Shown piece by piece: positions 11,776 through 23,364 of a DNA stretch of 64,000 nucleotides. The number at the start of each line of letters is the position of its first letter. The stretch's first letter is position 1. Origin of the DNA: Dicyema japonicum. Lineage: Eukaryota > Animalia > Dicyemida. The stretch lies in contig RDEW01000002.1 of the NCBI GenBank assembly GCA_011109175.1, positions 1,656,111 through 1,720,110 on the forward strand, given 5' to 3'. Under the pieces are notes generated by a model. The model was given only the letters and a program-made list of their open reading frames with translations, was not told where the DNA came from and did no database searches. The translations under genes and the position numbers were made by a program.

Positions 11776-13072
11776 TCAACAAGACAAAATAATCATTGTA
11801 GAGCGGCAAAAGTAGCAAAGAATTATAAAAATACTATCAATTACATTCATTGGTGGACGACCAACATAATAAACCAAAATATACCACAGACAGTCTCTCT
11901 TGTTATTCAAATGGGGGGAAACTCTGAATTTGGAAGATTGCGACGCATTATGATGCCTTTTGCTAAGGTTGACCCCATATTTTGGGAAGACCACATCCTC
12001 GGGAGGTAGTTTAGCTAAATAAGACAAAGGATACCTAAACTCCCACGACTTCCAAACTCATTCCTGCTCACGTCATAATAAAATGACAGAAACAAGAGAC
12101 ACGTGGAAAGCTGAATCAGAGTAAACGCAAAGACAGAAATATTAGGTTTGGCAGTGATGTGGACAAATAGCCCAATCGCAGCTATGAACGTCAGTTTATT
12201 CCCCCCAATATTAGTTCTACAGTATAGACACGTGGATACAGCAATTTAAAGATCGGTAGACACATAAATATCAGCAGAGAAGCAGCACAGTACAGCGGGG
12301 ATGGTCCATAAACACCATACTCACACGTAAGGAGAACATAAACGGAGACGACTGCGAGGATAAAGGTAAGTCCACACCCAAAGAGGTCAGTGACCTAGGT
12401 GACGTCACATATTACTGATTTTGTGTCAATTTTCTTGATTAATGGTGATTGCCGGTATATGTTCATCTCCCTTTTGATCCTCAGATGGTCACCATAGAGT
12501 TTATAATCGACAAATGCCTGGCAGGGCTGACAGAGGGGGATTGCCGGTATATGTTCATCTCCCTTTTGATCCTCAGATGGTCACCATAGAGTTTATAATC
12601 GACAAATGCCTGGCAGGGCTGACAGAGGGGGTATATACGGTCCAGTGTCTGGGAATATCTGGTGTACTGGTCACTCTGTTAGATAATACTAGTGAATACA
12701 GAATAGCCGTTGTTGTCGAACAACTCGGTGAGTTCGCTTATTTTCTTAGCCTGTTTTGAGTTGCAGTCAGCGCAGAAACCGACATTCGAGGATTTGGGGG
12801 ACTTTTTTGACAACTGGGAGGATTCAAAGTCATAGGAGTTCCCAGATGTGTCAACCTCACCATTTGAGGTATTCAGCTGCTTGCAGTATAGACACTCCCA
12901 CGAATGAGTCTGATTAGAGCGAATGGTTTGGTTGCTGTTACAGAACCAGCAATTGACAGGTGTGAATGTGATATATCTGCAGTTTAGTTATTTGAGGAAA
13001 CCGAATAAATTTCATGAGGCAACACGTCAGAAAAGCTAATAATCCAGCCAATTCTACATAGGTCCAATACAT
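11776..13072 (-). CDS. TMEM201: TMEM201/Samp1/Ima1 inner nuclear membrane protein; 3' end uncertain (may extend to about 11246)
   Basis: Ima1_N zinc motifs VNCWFC..WECLYCKQLN, FCADCNSKQAKKI and YPLCQPCQAFVDY, then several TM segments; introns of 20-25 nt. As assembled, the frame is broken by the 92-bp duplication. Confidence 0.85.
12447..12630. repeat. Perfect 92-bp tandem duplication inside a TMEM201 exon
   Basis: 12447-12538 is identical to 12539-12630; 92 is not a multiple of 3. Confidence 0.95.
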
Positions 13073-13214
13073 TAAAAATATTATACAACAATAATAATTT
13101 TTCAAGTTCAAAATAAAAAAAATAAAATTTAAATTAAAAAAAATGTTTGTTTTTTAATTAAAAGTTAGTCAAATAAATAAAACAATTTATTAAACTAAAT
13201 ACTGCAGTTACTTG

Positions 13215-13310
13215 CTTGTGTGGGTTCGAGGGAGGAGAATCTAGACAAGATGATGTCTCTGTTGGAACGTTTCCATCTGAGTAGATAGTTTGGTGCTACC
13301 GTGATCTTTA
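13215..13310 (+). mobile_element. Short retroelement 3'-end fragment
   Basis: GGGTTCGAGGGAGGAGAATC..CAAGATGATGTCTCTGTTGGAAC..GATAGTTTGGTGCTACCGTGATC matches 2690-2765 and 7700-7760. Confidence 0.65.
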
Positions 13311-14429
13311 GAATTTTTTATTTCATATCAAGAGTAGCCTTAAAACTGTTTTTAGAAAAGTCAACCTGATACAATAGAGGATGTTCCTTCGTCGCTGAAG
13401 AATCAGGAAACCCAATTTGAGAAAAAGTTATCCATGTGGTGGAATCCCGATCAGTTTTGAAGAAGGACGCCAATGTCACGTTTTTTTAGCAGAAATTTAG
13501 GAAACATTTCCAAAAATTGGTGGAATCGCTGGTGTATCATTCGATGAGAGTTCTGGAAATAGTTGGCTTTGACATCATCCTTCTTGCATATCTCGGGGTT
13601 TCTTGATCAATAAATATTCTCATTTGAAAGAACTTCTAAGCGGGAAATTCTGGAATACTAAACTCTAGTTGGTTAACTTACTTAGTGGTCGGAAATACAT
13701 GCCTACCATGGATATACAAAATTTGTTCCTCGTCTTCTTCCGTGTCCTTCAAGGGCCTCCATTATTGTTCAACTTCTTTCTGGGCAACATCCCTGTACCG
13801 GAGTCTACCAGGATGCCGCATTGAATGCAAAGATACCTCGACCGTCTTCGAATATGGCTTTTTGAAAATTAGCGATCAAATACAATCATTCTTACTTTAT
13901 AAAATAAACTGGGAGAACAGATGTCAAATCGACGTTAAATGATGTCAAAATCTCTTAGAACAAATCTCAAAGAAACCTGGTGGTAACAATTGGTGCACAT
14001 GTTGAGAGAATTATCGTAGTTTTCAAAATTACTTTTAAATTTCTGCACGTTTATTGATGTCAGGTTGATTAGCAGTTTGGGCTTTTTACTATAGCGATTT
14101 GTCCGAGATTTGAGTTTTTTCACCGGCTATTGGTCGAAGGTTTCTCTTCCTTTCGTTTGTTCTTTATCTTTCACTTTTTTTTAGAGTGGCGCTGTGTGAT
14201 TCACCTGTCTCATGTCACGCCCAGTGGTTGGATAGCATAAAAAAGGCTATTTGCTTTCCCCCACTCCATCGGATGGATTCCTACGATTGCAATGGGTGAA
14301 TGATTTATTTCTTTTCCGGTGATTGATATTGGAAGGACTGCTTGTGAGACCATGGGATACATTCTATTCTGCATTCATTAGTATCATCCTTCTGGGGAGG
14401 CTGCTCGGACTTTCGAGAATTTTAAGATA

Positions 14430-15073
14430 AAAAATACGACAGCCTTTACTACAGCCCGTTGTTGTCGAGACGAGCGAAGTCTTCATGCCCAAGAGAAGCA
14501 TTCAATCAGCGACTCAGTCCGCTCAACAAATGCTTGACAAGCTGGAACTATGGCTCGACACATCAGCAATAAAGTCCTCTGTCACGCTGCTTACTACATA
14601 CAAAAGACAGGTCTGCGTCGAACCAAAAATCCTAATGAAGAACGAGGCAATTCCCATTAACAAAACACCGATGACTCTGGGAGTCACATTTGATCAGGTA
14701 CTCATTTATCTGACATGTTGAGAACAAAGTAACTTGTGCTCTGAAGAAAATGAGAATTTTAAAAGAACTCTCATAAACACTTTGAGACTAAACTGGGAGC
14801 CTTGCTACGGTTTATGAACAGTTTATCCGACCCACTATGACGTATGCAAGTCCTTCGTGGGCAATGCAGATTTCACGATCCTCCTCACTGAAACTATCCG
14901 CAATTGAGGAGACTGATGTAAAAAGTTTGAGCAGATGCCATCTCTAATGAGAAGAGCTGTACAGGATTTTCTACCCCACCGGACTCGTCCTCTCTCTTGT
15001 TGCTTTGGGATCACTTAGTTTGGAACTTATACTTCTTTCTCTTTGACCCAGTGATCCCGGGAGTAATAATAAT
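14430..15073 (+). mobile_element. 5'-truncated non-LTR retrotransposon with (TAA)n tail
   Basis: Late RT (MLDKLELWLD..KSSVTLLTT..IPINKTPMTLGVTFD), YEQFIRP.MTYASPSW, ends GAGTAATAATAATAA. Confidence 0.85.
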
Positions 15074-15285
15074 AAGAAGACCCTGGGCTCCCTGTTTTTG
15101 GTCTTTAAATAATTAAATCTCAAACATTGGGCTACATCCTGTTTTGGAAAGCATAAACTCAATGCTCCGATGTGTTCCCAAGAAGACCCTGGGCTCCCTG
15201 TTTTTGGTCTTTAAATAATTAAATCTCAAACATTGGGCTACATCCTGTTTTAGAAAGCATAAACTCAATGCTCCGATGTGTTCCC
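15074..15285. repeat. 106-bp tandem duplication with one mismatch
   Basis: 15074-15179 versus 15180-15285; differ at GTTTTGGAAA/GTTTTAGAAA. Confidence 0.92.
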
Positions 15286-15965
15286 AATGATGGATTGTGG
15301 AAATTCCCAATCTAAAGTTGAAGACTAATTCTACGTCCTTTTTTGGAAATAAAATATTCAATCTACTAAATGAAAAAATTGGGGATATTTTCCCTTTATA
15401 AAAACCCACCAGAAGACTGCGAGTGGAGCACTTGGTAGATGTTGGTTAAGAGGTTGACACTTTTGTAATAACTAATAATGCCTATGTCTTGATCGGACTT
15501 ACTCTGTGGACGGCTGGAGAGGCGTGCTAATGGGAAAGTTACATGTAGACAACTGGTAGAACAGAGCACGGCACAAACAAAACCCTAAGTATTCATACGC
15601 TCATGGGTAACGTGGGAGTGCATTCAACTAACTGAATTTGGCATGTTTCAAGGGTACACTGATCACGTGTGTTATTTTTAGTGGCCTTCATATTTAGAAT
15701 TTCAATATTTTGATTTTATATGGTCACTAATGTTAGACATTACAAAATACACGGGGTACTTCTATTTGCCACATGGACAGTCCACTAAAAATAAATAACG
15801 GCATAACATGATTTCACCCTTTTCTTGCGGCCTACGAGATGCTGAGCTTGCATTTTTGGGAGTTGGGCGGTCCTCAAGTTATCAAACCTCCTTTAATATT
15901 TGTCTAAATCTAACTGCTCTTCATTATGAATATTTCATCATTGGAAAGGCAACCTTCATTATATT

Positions 15966-16730
15966 TTACATCACGTACTCGTTCAGAGTCCTCCGTTTTT
16001 CCATGTTGTCATCAATCTGATCAATGTTTGCCAAATCATTCTGGGTTTCCATTCCAGAGGTCCTTTCTATCTCCACTTGGTCTCCAATGCAACCAAATTT
16101 TGGCCTATCATTCTGGATTTCCTCAAACGAGATCTCTTCTTTAGCCACGTGGTCTGTAGTCAAAGCGAATTTGAGACAGTCATTCTGCATTTCCTCAATA
16201 GAGATCTCTTCTTTCGTCACGTCGAAATCAATCTGGGCAAATCGTGTCCACTCATTTTGGATTTTCTTGCATATATCCTCATTTTTCACGTGGTCTTCAG
16301 TCTGGGTACCTTTTAGTGAGTCATCCTGGATAGGGGTTCTTTTGGGACTTTAAAAAGTGTCTATAACCTGCATTATTTTTTCCATCTCGACATATTCGAT
16401 CCCATCAATTTGTGAGGACTCTTCATGGACAGGTTCTATCCTNGCGAACTTGAGGCAGTTATTTTACATTTCTTCAATAGAGGTCCCTTTTTTCGCCACC
16501 TCGACATCAATCTGGGCAAATCGTGTCCATTCATTCTGGATTTTCTTGCATATATCCTCATTTTTCACGTGGTCTTCAGTCTGGGTACCTTTTAGTGAGT
16601 CATCCTGGATAGGGAGATTTGTCGGAGACTGTACAAAATGTCTATAACCTGCATTATATTTGCCATCTCGACATTTTCGATCCCATCATTCTGTGAGGAC
16701 TCTTCATGGATAGGTTCTATCCTGAACAAC
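15966..16730 (-). pseudogene. Orphan acidic repeat protein gene, disrupted or misassembled; contains a 281-bp tandem duplication
   Basis: About 24-aa repeats (KEEISIEEMQND/KEEISFEEIQND); 20-nt intron in both duplicate units; a frameshift in each unit and a TAA in one; N at junction 16443. Confidence 0.5.
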
Positions 16731-16995
16731 CAGTCGAAATGACGAATCAAAACTTGCTTAGTTCTGCATGTTTGGGGATTCCTACAATTCTCAAATAATG
16801 AACTCTGTCACGTGACTAACAAACGAATGAATTTTGTGGTATTTGTCGTAAGAGGCTTATCAACTCACATGGGTTATTCGTGTGCTTATATGCTGCATCT
16901 CATCAGTTTCGATTTTCTTTATAATTTAATAATGAATTATAGATTGGTTAACCTAATACAGATAATAATAAATAGCATAATTATATAACAAAAAA

Positions 16996-17429
16996 ATGTT
17001 GGGTGATAACTCAGGTTGGTTGTGTTATAATAAAGATGCCAAAATAATCAGAGGACGTGTAAAGTGGTTTAGTGTTAACAGAGGATTTGGATTTATAGAA
17101 AGGTACCATTGAATGTATATAATAGGGCTGACAACAATGAGGATGTGTTTGTGCACGTGGTTATCCTAATAATGAGATGATAGAATAGTATAGGGGAGAT
17201 TGCACAAAATAATACTCGGAGTCTGGAAGATGGGGAACTTGTGCAGTTTGAGTTGAGAAAGAGGAATAAAGGAATCGAGGCATTCAATGTGACTGGACAA
17301 AACAAAAAAAAGCTTATTGGTAGTTGTTATGCTACTCCCAGGAATGATTCGGTTTTTTTGTTTTACTATTAGAATTTTGACGGATTAAAGTTTTATCCTC
17401 GAAGAAGACGAGACCAAAAGCCTAATTAG
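16996..17429 (+). CDS. Y-box cold-shock-domain nucleic acid-binding protein
   Basis: [64 protein letters not shown]; four introns of 21, 23, 24 and 21 nt; TAG at 17427-17429. Confidence 0.95.
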
Positions 17430-17779
17430 GATGTCTTCTATTGATTATCCCTATTTTTTGAATTTTGATTAAGTTAATTCATTGTTACGTAACCACTAAA
17501 TTTAATAAATTCAATTCACTTCTTCCATCGAGGAGTAGTAATGTTTTCGCTACTTAAAGCATAGGCGTAACTCACATTTAATTAAGAAATAAAAACAGTC
17601 CTGATAATTAATCCGAGATACCGAGAATGTTCTTTTTTGCTTGCGTGTGTCCCTGGAGCAACCCGCTTCCTCAGTGATGCATCTTTGGTATCACTCGTAA
17701 TTCAAGGAAACACTAACAAATTGTGCAATCTTATTGTTTAATGTGCAAAATAATGAGTTATCAACGACAATGTAAGACC

Positions 17780-18010
17780 ACTTCCTCAGTCGTCTTCTTA
17801 CTTATTCAGTAATGCCGTACTATCCCATCCGGGATGGTTATAATGCAAGACCCTATATGGGTCGTTCGGATCTGAAAACAGTGTCATTTTGGGAGTTTGG
17901 CTGAGGCGGTACATTTGCTAAACGATAACGCAGATGTCCAAAGGCAATATCATGGATTCAAACTACCATGCCTATACCAAAGACGACTTTGACACGCAAG
18001 TCCTTTATAA
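17780..18010 (-). mobile_element. RTE-like 3' ORF fragment, decayed
   Basis: Minus-strand reading resembles the RTE C-terminus (LYK..V.S.L...W..ISN..LF.RS.RPI) with frameshifts. Confidence 0.45.
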
Positions 18011-18289
18011 CACTATTAACAGAGGATTTGGATTCATAGAAAGGTACCATCGAAAAATCTCTGATCTCAAGTGTACTAGTTAGATTCAAAAGTTTTGGGA
18101 ACAAATACTTTAAATTTATCTAAAATAACTATTTTCTAAAAATATTAAAAATAATAAAAGATCTCGGTATTCGCGATTATGGTTAGTTAGGGATAAAGTT
18201 ATCTCCAAATTGTGTGATCCCAATATCAGTGATTCGCTCTATTTATTGGAATAAGAATTAATCTCTCTAAAAAGGTTTTTTATGTTCTA

Positions 18290-18715
18290 TTTTTAATGAC
18301 TATCCTCCTCAATTCGAAATGGTTTCAATACTAGTCCATATACTGCCACATCACCCAAAGAGGTGGTAACGAAACGGTAGATGCTGACTTGACGGTTTCC
18401 AACTTTGGCTTATTAAGTAGCGTGGCAACACTAAAATTCCTTCACAAAGAACACAAAGATTTTGGGTATCACATTCGATACCCACATGTGTTTCCCCCTC
18501 CCTCATATTGAAAAGACCATCGGGACCTGCCAGAGAAAAATTGGACTGATCAAATCGATATTTGGAGGTCTAATAAAAAATCTTTTTCCACCCCTTGAAT
18601 CCTTATAAAAACTATTCATTGAGCCGACCATTACCTATGCCTGCGCTTCATGGGGAATAAACCTCTCATGGACGAACTGTCTGAAAATTGAAGCTTGTCT
18701 ACGTTAAGCGGCTGG
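18290..18715 (+). mobile_element. Non-LTR late-RT fragment, same family as 1515-2770
   Basis: KILGITFDTHMCF..HIEKTIGTCQRKIGLIKSI..FIEPTITYACASWG..SWTNCLKIEA. Confidence 0.85.
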
Positions 18716-18805
18716 TCAATATCACTTGGAAAAACTGGAAGAATTATCACTAGGGAAATTTAAGTGCTAAAATGTTATTTTTATTTTTTATACTTCTTTT
18801 TTCCT

Positions 18806-18870
18806 GTAATGTCAGCAGCCGCTCTCCCTCATAGTTAATGAATAATATTTTATTGTTAAAAAAATATATA
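18806..18870 (+). mobile_element. Very short CRE-like 3' terminus
   Basis: ATGTCAGCAGCCGCTCTCCC..TAATATTTTATTGTTAA is the reverse complement of about 10810-10862. Confidence 0.75.
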
Positions 18871-21269
18871 AAATTGAATTTGGAATAATTATTTTTTAAT
18901 TTTGTTAAAAAAACATACATTATAAATGATATAAGTGCTATTTTTTATTTTAAATGCTGATTTTTTAATCCTAATTTAAAAAAACGTGTTACTGAGTGGT
19001 TTTTGATGCATAAAATTGTATTGGTATGCATAATGCAAATCTTTACATCTCCTAAGTATCATTCCTCTGTATCCCCTGAGTATCATCTCCATCTGCTTTT
19101 CGAATATCATGTTCCAACTACGAGGAAAATCGTACCGATGTGGCACTATTCGTTATGCCTTAGCATATGTAGGGAGGTACCCTATAAGCACGTGAATACT
19201 TCGGGTTTCTCTTGCGCAGTCCTTCTTACTATCTTTTAACTAAGGAGAAATGTGCAAGGTTTGCGGAACTATCGAAAATTTTATTCAAAGTTTTCAAAGA
19301 CCGCACTAAAGTATCTGGGACTTATCTTCAGATAACCCTGTGTTTGTTGATTTCTTGGGGAGACAGTCCGGTAGAAGTCAATTGGTGAGCGCTACCGTTT
19401 CGTATTACTTCCCCATAACTTAATTATAAGTGTTTACTTTACAATAACTTACTTATCTTCTAACTAGTTTTTATGTCTCATTTTTCTTTTTGCAGGTTTC
19501 CATTCTGGCTGAAGGGGATCCTCCTACCTTTTCCATGACCAGCCACCCTGGTGAAGATTGCCACTATGTAGACTCTTCCGCCTAAGAATGGAGTGATGTC
19601 TGGGCGGTAGGGTGGTGCTGAAATGGTAGAGGGCGGACCTACTTATCCACCTCTATTCGGAAGTGGTTTGGAGTTAATAAATAAATCATCTGACTGAATG
19701 CCAGTGAGATTCCCTTAAAATGATCAGCTCTCTATCCCCTTAGTCCAGAAGTCAGAACATATCTGGAATCCTGATAAGAAACCTTCTTTATGGAGATTAA
19801 TCCAGACCTCCCAAACAAACCGTAGGGAGACGCTACCCATGGACACTGGGTTAGACGAAAATTATTTTTTTCTTGACATTCTTAGTTTACCTTTTAACCT
19901 TGGGGAAACAAAATAAATAATAAAACGTAACATCCTAGATTTGGGCAATTTCATAGCGGGGTGAGATTATTCTGTAGGATGAGTTCAATTTATTGTTGAT
20001 AATCGATTTAATCTCAACTGGGTCACCATTAAGAAGTAAATTATAGATTTATTTTAATATTTTTCAATATCGTTAAACCATTTGTACAAGTATTCTTTAA
20101 AATTCAAATTATGTTTTAATTAAATTTAAATTAAAATTATATAAAAAATAATTAAATTAATCTAGGGAGTTTGAATCTCCAGATTGTTTCATCTGGCAAT
20201 AGCTATCACTAAATGACACAAAAGTTATGGAACGTGATGGACAAACAGCACAATCTCCTAAAAATACGAAGTCTTCTGGAAGCCCTCAAGAATAGTTGAT
20301 TCTTGTCTACATGAGTGTGCTCTTAAATTCGAACACAAACCTCCTCCCATTTGAACCTCTTGAAAGATTCTAGACAAAGCCGGAACAGGGGAGATGCACT
20401 GACACCGGGATCACTTAATTATACGATAAATTTTTCCTCTTTCCTGGGGTTATAAAATAAAAGCTATTGAGATACGCTCTCAAAGCCATCCAGTCTCATG
20501 CAGATCCTTGGTGACCTTTGGGTCATATTCTTTTAATTTAAAAATCAATCCCATCATCGATTCAAAAAGGTCAGTGATGACTTATAAATAAGGAGGGTCA
20601 CGATGATTTAGCCTTCAATACAGGATTGTTGAAGAGGTTGGTTAATAAACACAACTTGACAGGGTATAAGGAATTGATTCGAGTCTGTTGAGAGGCAGTA
20701 CCGATTTTGTTCCTATATTCTGTTCCATCCTCTTTGTTAAATTATTGTCTTCGTGATATCAACTTGTCTCAGTCCCCGTCTGTAGCATGATGCAACAGAA
20801 AATGATCATTCGCTCTCAATTCACTGGGTCACTGGAAGGGAGTCCCACAACTATAGTTTGATAAAAATTTAATTAGTAGACACATAAATATTAATAGTCT
20901 GTTATAAATAGAAACTTATTATGGGTATGGCAGGCTGGCTGATAGTTTCGACTACTGCTCTGGTGACCTGACCGTCGCTGGTGTGGTTATTGAGACAGTT
21001 GGCTGGCTAGCCCACCCGTAAGGCTAATGCCTGCTTCAGAAAAGGAAAGCGAAGAGGGTGCATTGTTTTTTTCTGTCCCCCCTCATTCATATTTTTCGTA
21101 CCGTTCGTGTATATTTTATAAGATCGCTAGTTCGAATCCCATTTGGCGATTTTAAATATAACTGACCAAATTGTTTTAACGCAGTTTAATGATCAAATAT
21201 TTGAAATATAACAGCTTTATCGGATAATTAATTATAAATAAGGCAATTTAAGTGCTAAAATGCTATTTT

Positions 21270-21980
21270 TATTGATGAAACAGATATCCGAAGGAAAAGT
21301 TTTATAGTGATTCTAATTGGGAGCATTCGCATTTAACAAAATCCTATTTGTTTGAATGCAAACCACTGAAAAATCATGCCGCTGCTGCTATCATCTCCCA
21401 ATTAATAGATGACGTCATTAGAGAAATGAAAATTATTCGAGACAATTTTTATCTATTAATTTCAGATCCTTATATGATTTCTGGTGATATAAATTTATCT
21501 AAATAAATAGGTGGTGAAACATTAATGGTCATAACATCACGTGCCGTGTGTTTCTCATTTGTTACAGAATACGATTTTACGTATAAAGTGTGCATCTCCG
21601 GAAATAGATGGCTTAATTGCAAGCATTAAAGCTGTCACAGTAAAAAACCGAAAACGTCGTAATTTGTACAAGGATGTTGGATGCCCACCTGATGTGGTAA
21701 TTACTAGATATTCTTTTGCTTAATTTATGCAGATGGGGGAGTTGGTTTGAAGCAGTGAAATGTTATTTCATGAATTTTGAAATAATTTTTGAAGTTGTTA
21801 ACGCATTTCAGTCAGATGGAGTTTTAGTATCAAATGCTAAACATCATGTTAACAATCCGGATGTTAAGTTTAAATTAACGGAAATCACATTCAATTATTC
21901 GCTAATAGTAGATCTTCCTAAAGTTTCGGAGTGTTGGACTACTCAATCACTCTCGGCCAAAATGGAAGGGGTTTCATAGC
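21270..21980 (+). mobile_element. hAT-superfamily transposase remnant
   Basis: FYLLISD..YM, HITC..HLLQN, IDGLIASIKAVTVKN, PP.VVIT/RWGSWFEAVKCY; frameshifted. Confidence 0.8.
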
Positions 21981-23364
21981 CCTTCAAAAACTGGTCAGCT
22001 TCTGTATATTTGCCTATTGACAATAGATTTTAAGACCACGTGGATTTGAAGGTACAATAGTCCCCGTCACCTAATATTTAATGATAGAATTGCCAGTATT
22101 GGTGTGATGACTGTGCATTCTCCACGATAACAGCGCATCTTACCAAGACTACATATCCCATTAATATCACAAGGAATTATTTCTCACGTAGAAAGCACGT
22201 GTCATGTATTTAAAACTCCCTAAACTCATCAAAGTATTAGTGATTACTATTTGAGATATTTGAGGAGGCCAATGCATTTATTCTTATATTGGAGAGACTT
22301 TTAGAGTTTATGTTTTTACACAATCTTCCATTCTTTGGCGGGGATGTGTTGGTTTATTTTTATGTTGTAGTTTTTTTGAACTGGACGCTACTTTGTTTGG
22401 GTTTCTGTCCCCCCTCATTTACCCTAAATTTACCCCTAATTTGATTACGTCTTCAATATTGCAGTCACCGAGGTTAAATGGGTATTTGAGAAGACTTACC
22501 CTTGATTATTATCCGAATGTTGATTTAGTTACTAAATCAGAGAAAATTAGTGATAAACCTACCCCCTTCTTTGCAGCCACTGCTCTTATTCTTGCTGTTC
22601 TGGTTGTCAATATTAATTAATACTTCATTGTCTCGTTAATACATTTTATTTTAATGTAGAATCATTTTAAGACAAAACATGGTTATTAGGTGATTTCGGA
22701 CACAACCTCCTCACCTTCTATCGGTGTTTTTCTGGAATCCCACGGGCTTCTTGTAGGCCCCCGCAGCTGAAAGGAGTTTATGCGAGATAAACCTTGCGCC
22801 CATTTCTGCATTACTTCTCTTGTCTTATATTTTGGACAGAGTAGGCATTGTTTACTATCGATGACTTAATGAACGCCTCCCCTGAACGTTGCCATAGTTC
22901 AAACTACTTACATAGAAGGGCGAACTTTTGAGATGTTTTTAAGAATTTACCCCTTTTTTGGATCTTTTAATAAACGGTGTCACTTTATTAAAGTATAAAA
23001 CACTTGGTAAATTTTTGAGAGATCAATTACATTATTGGTGAGTCATGTAAGAGACTCAATTTGATCACTCTACATCTATACAATAGCAAGACAGATTGGG
23101 AGAAAAAGGTTGCAGAAATATTCGAGTGGATAAGGGGAGAAAATATATTAAAAGGTTATAGAGGTTTATAGACAAAAACCCTAAAAACTCTAACCCTAGC
23201 TACATTTTTTTCTTATTATTAGGGCAACCAGAAAATTTCAATTTTTAAAATAAAATTTCAAAAAAAATAATTGCAAAAAATTGCATTATGAAAAAATAAA
23301 CGAAATGATTTATTGTAATGCGAAATTAAATATTCCTGAACATTTTCGTACCCCCCCCCCCGCA

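Noticed and set aside
20480-20870. Possible Polinton capsid-like remnant
   Set aside because: Similarity too vague, many stops, no other Polinton genes or TIRs nearby.
20922-21035. Possible HDV-like ribozyme (GCAGGC/GCCTGC pairing, GCTAAT)
   Set aside because: No P3/L3 or P1 consistent with the nested double pseudoknot.
21130-21140. tRNA T-arm-like GTTCGAATCCC
   Set aside because: No A box, acceptor stem or cloverleaf upstream; at most a SINE or tRNA relic.
23175-23198. Telomere-like AACCCT units
   Set aside because: Only two imperfect, non-adjacent units; chance in AT-rich DNA.
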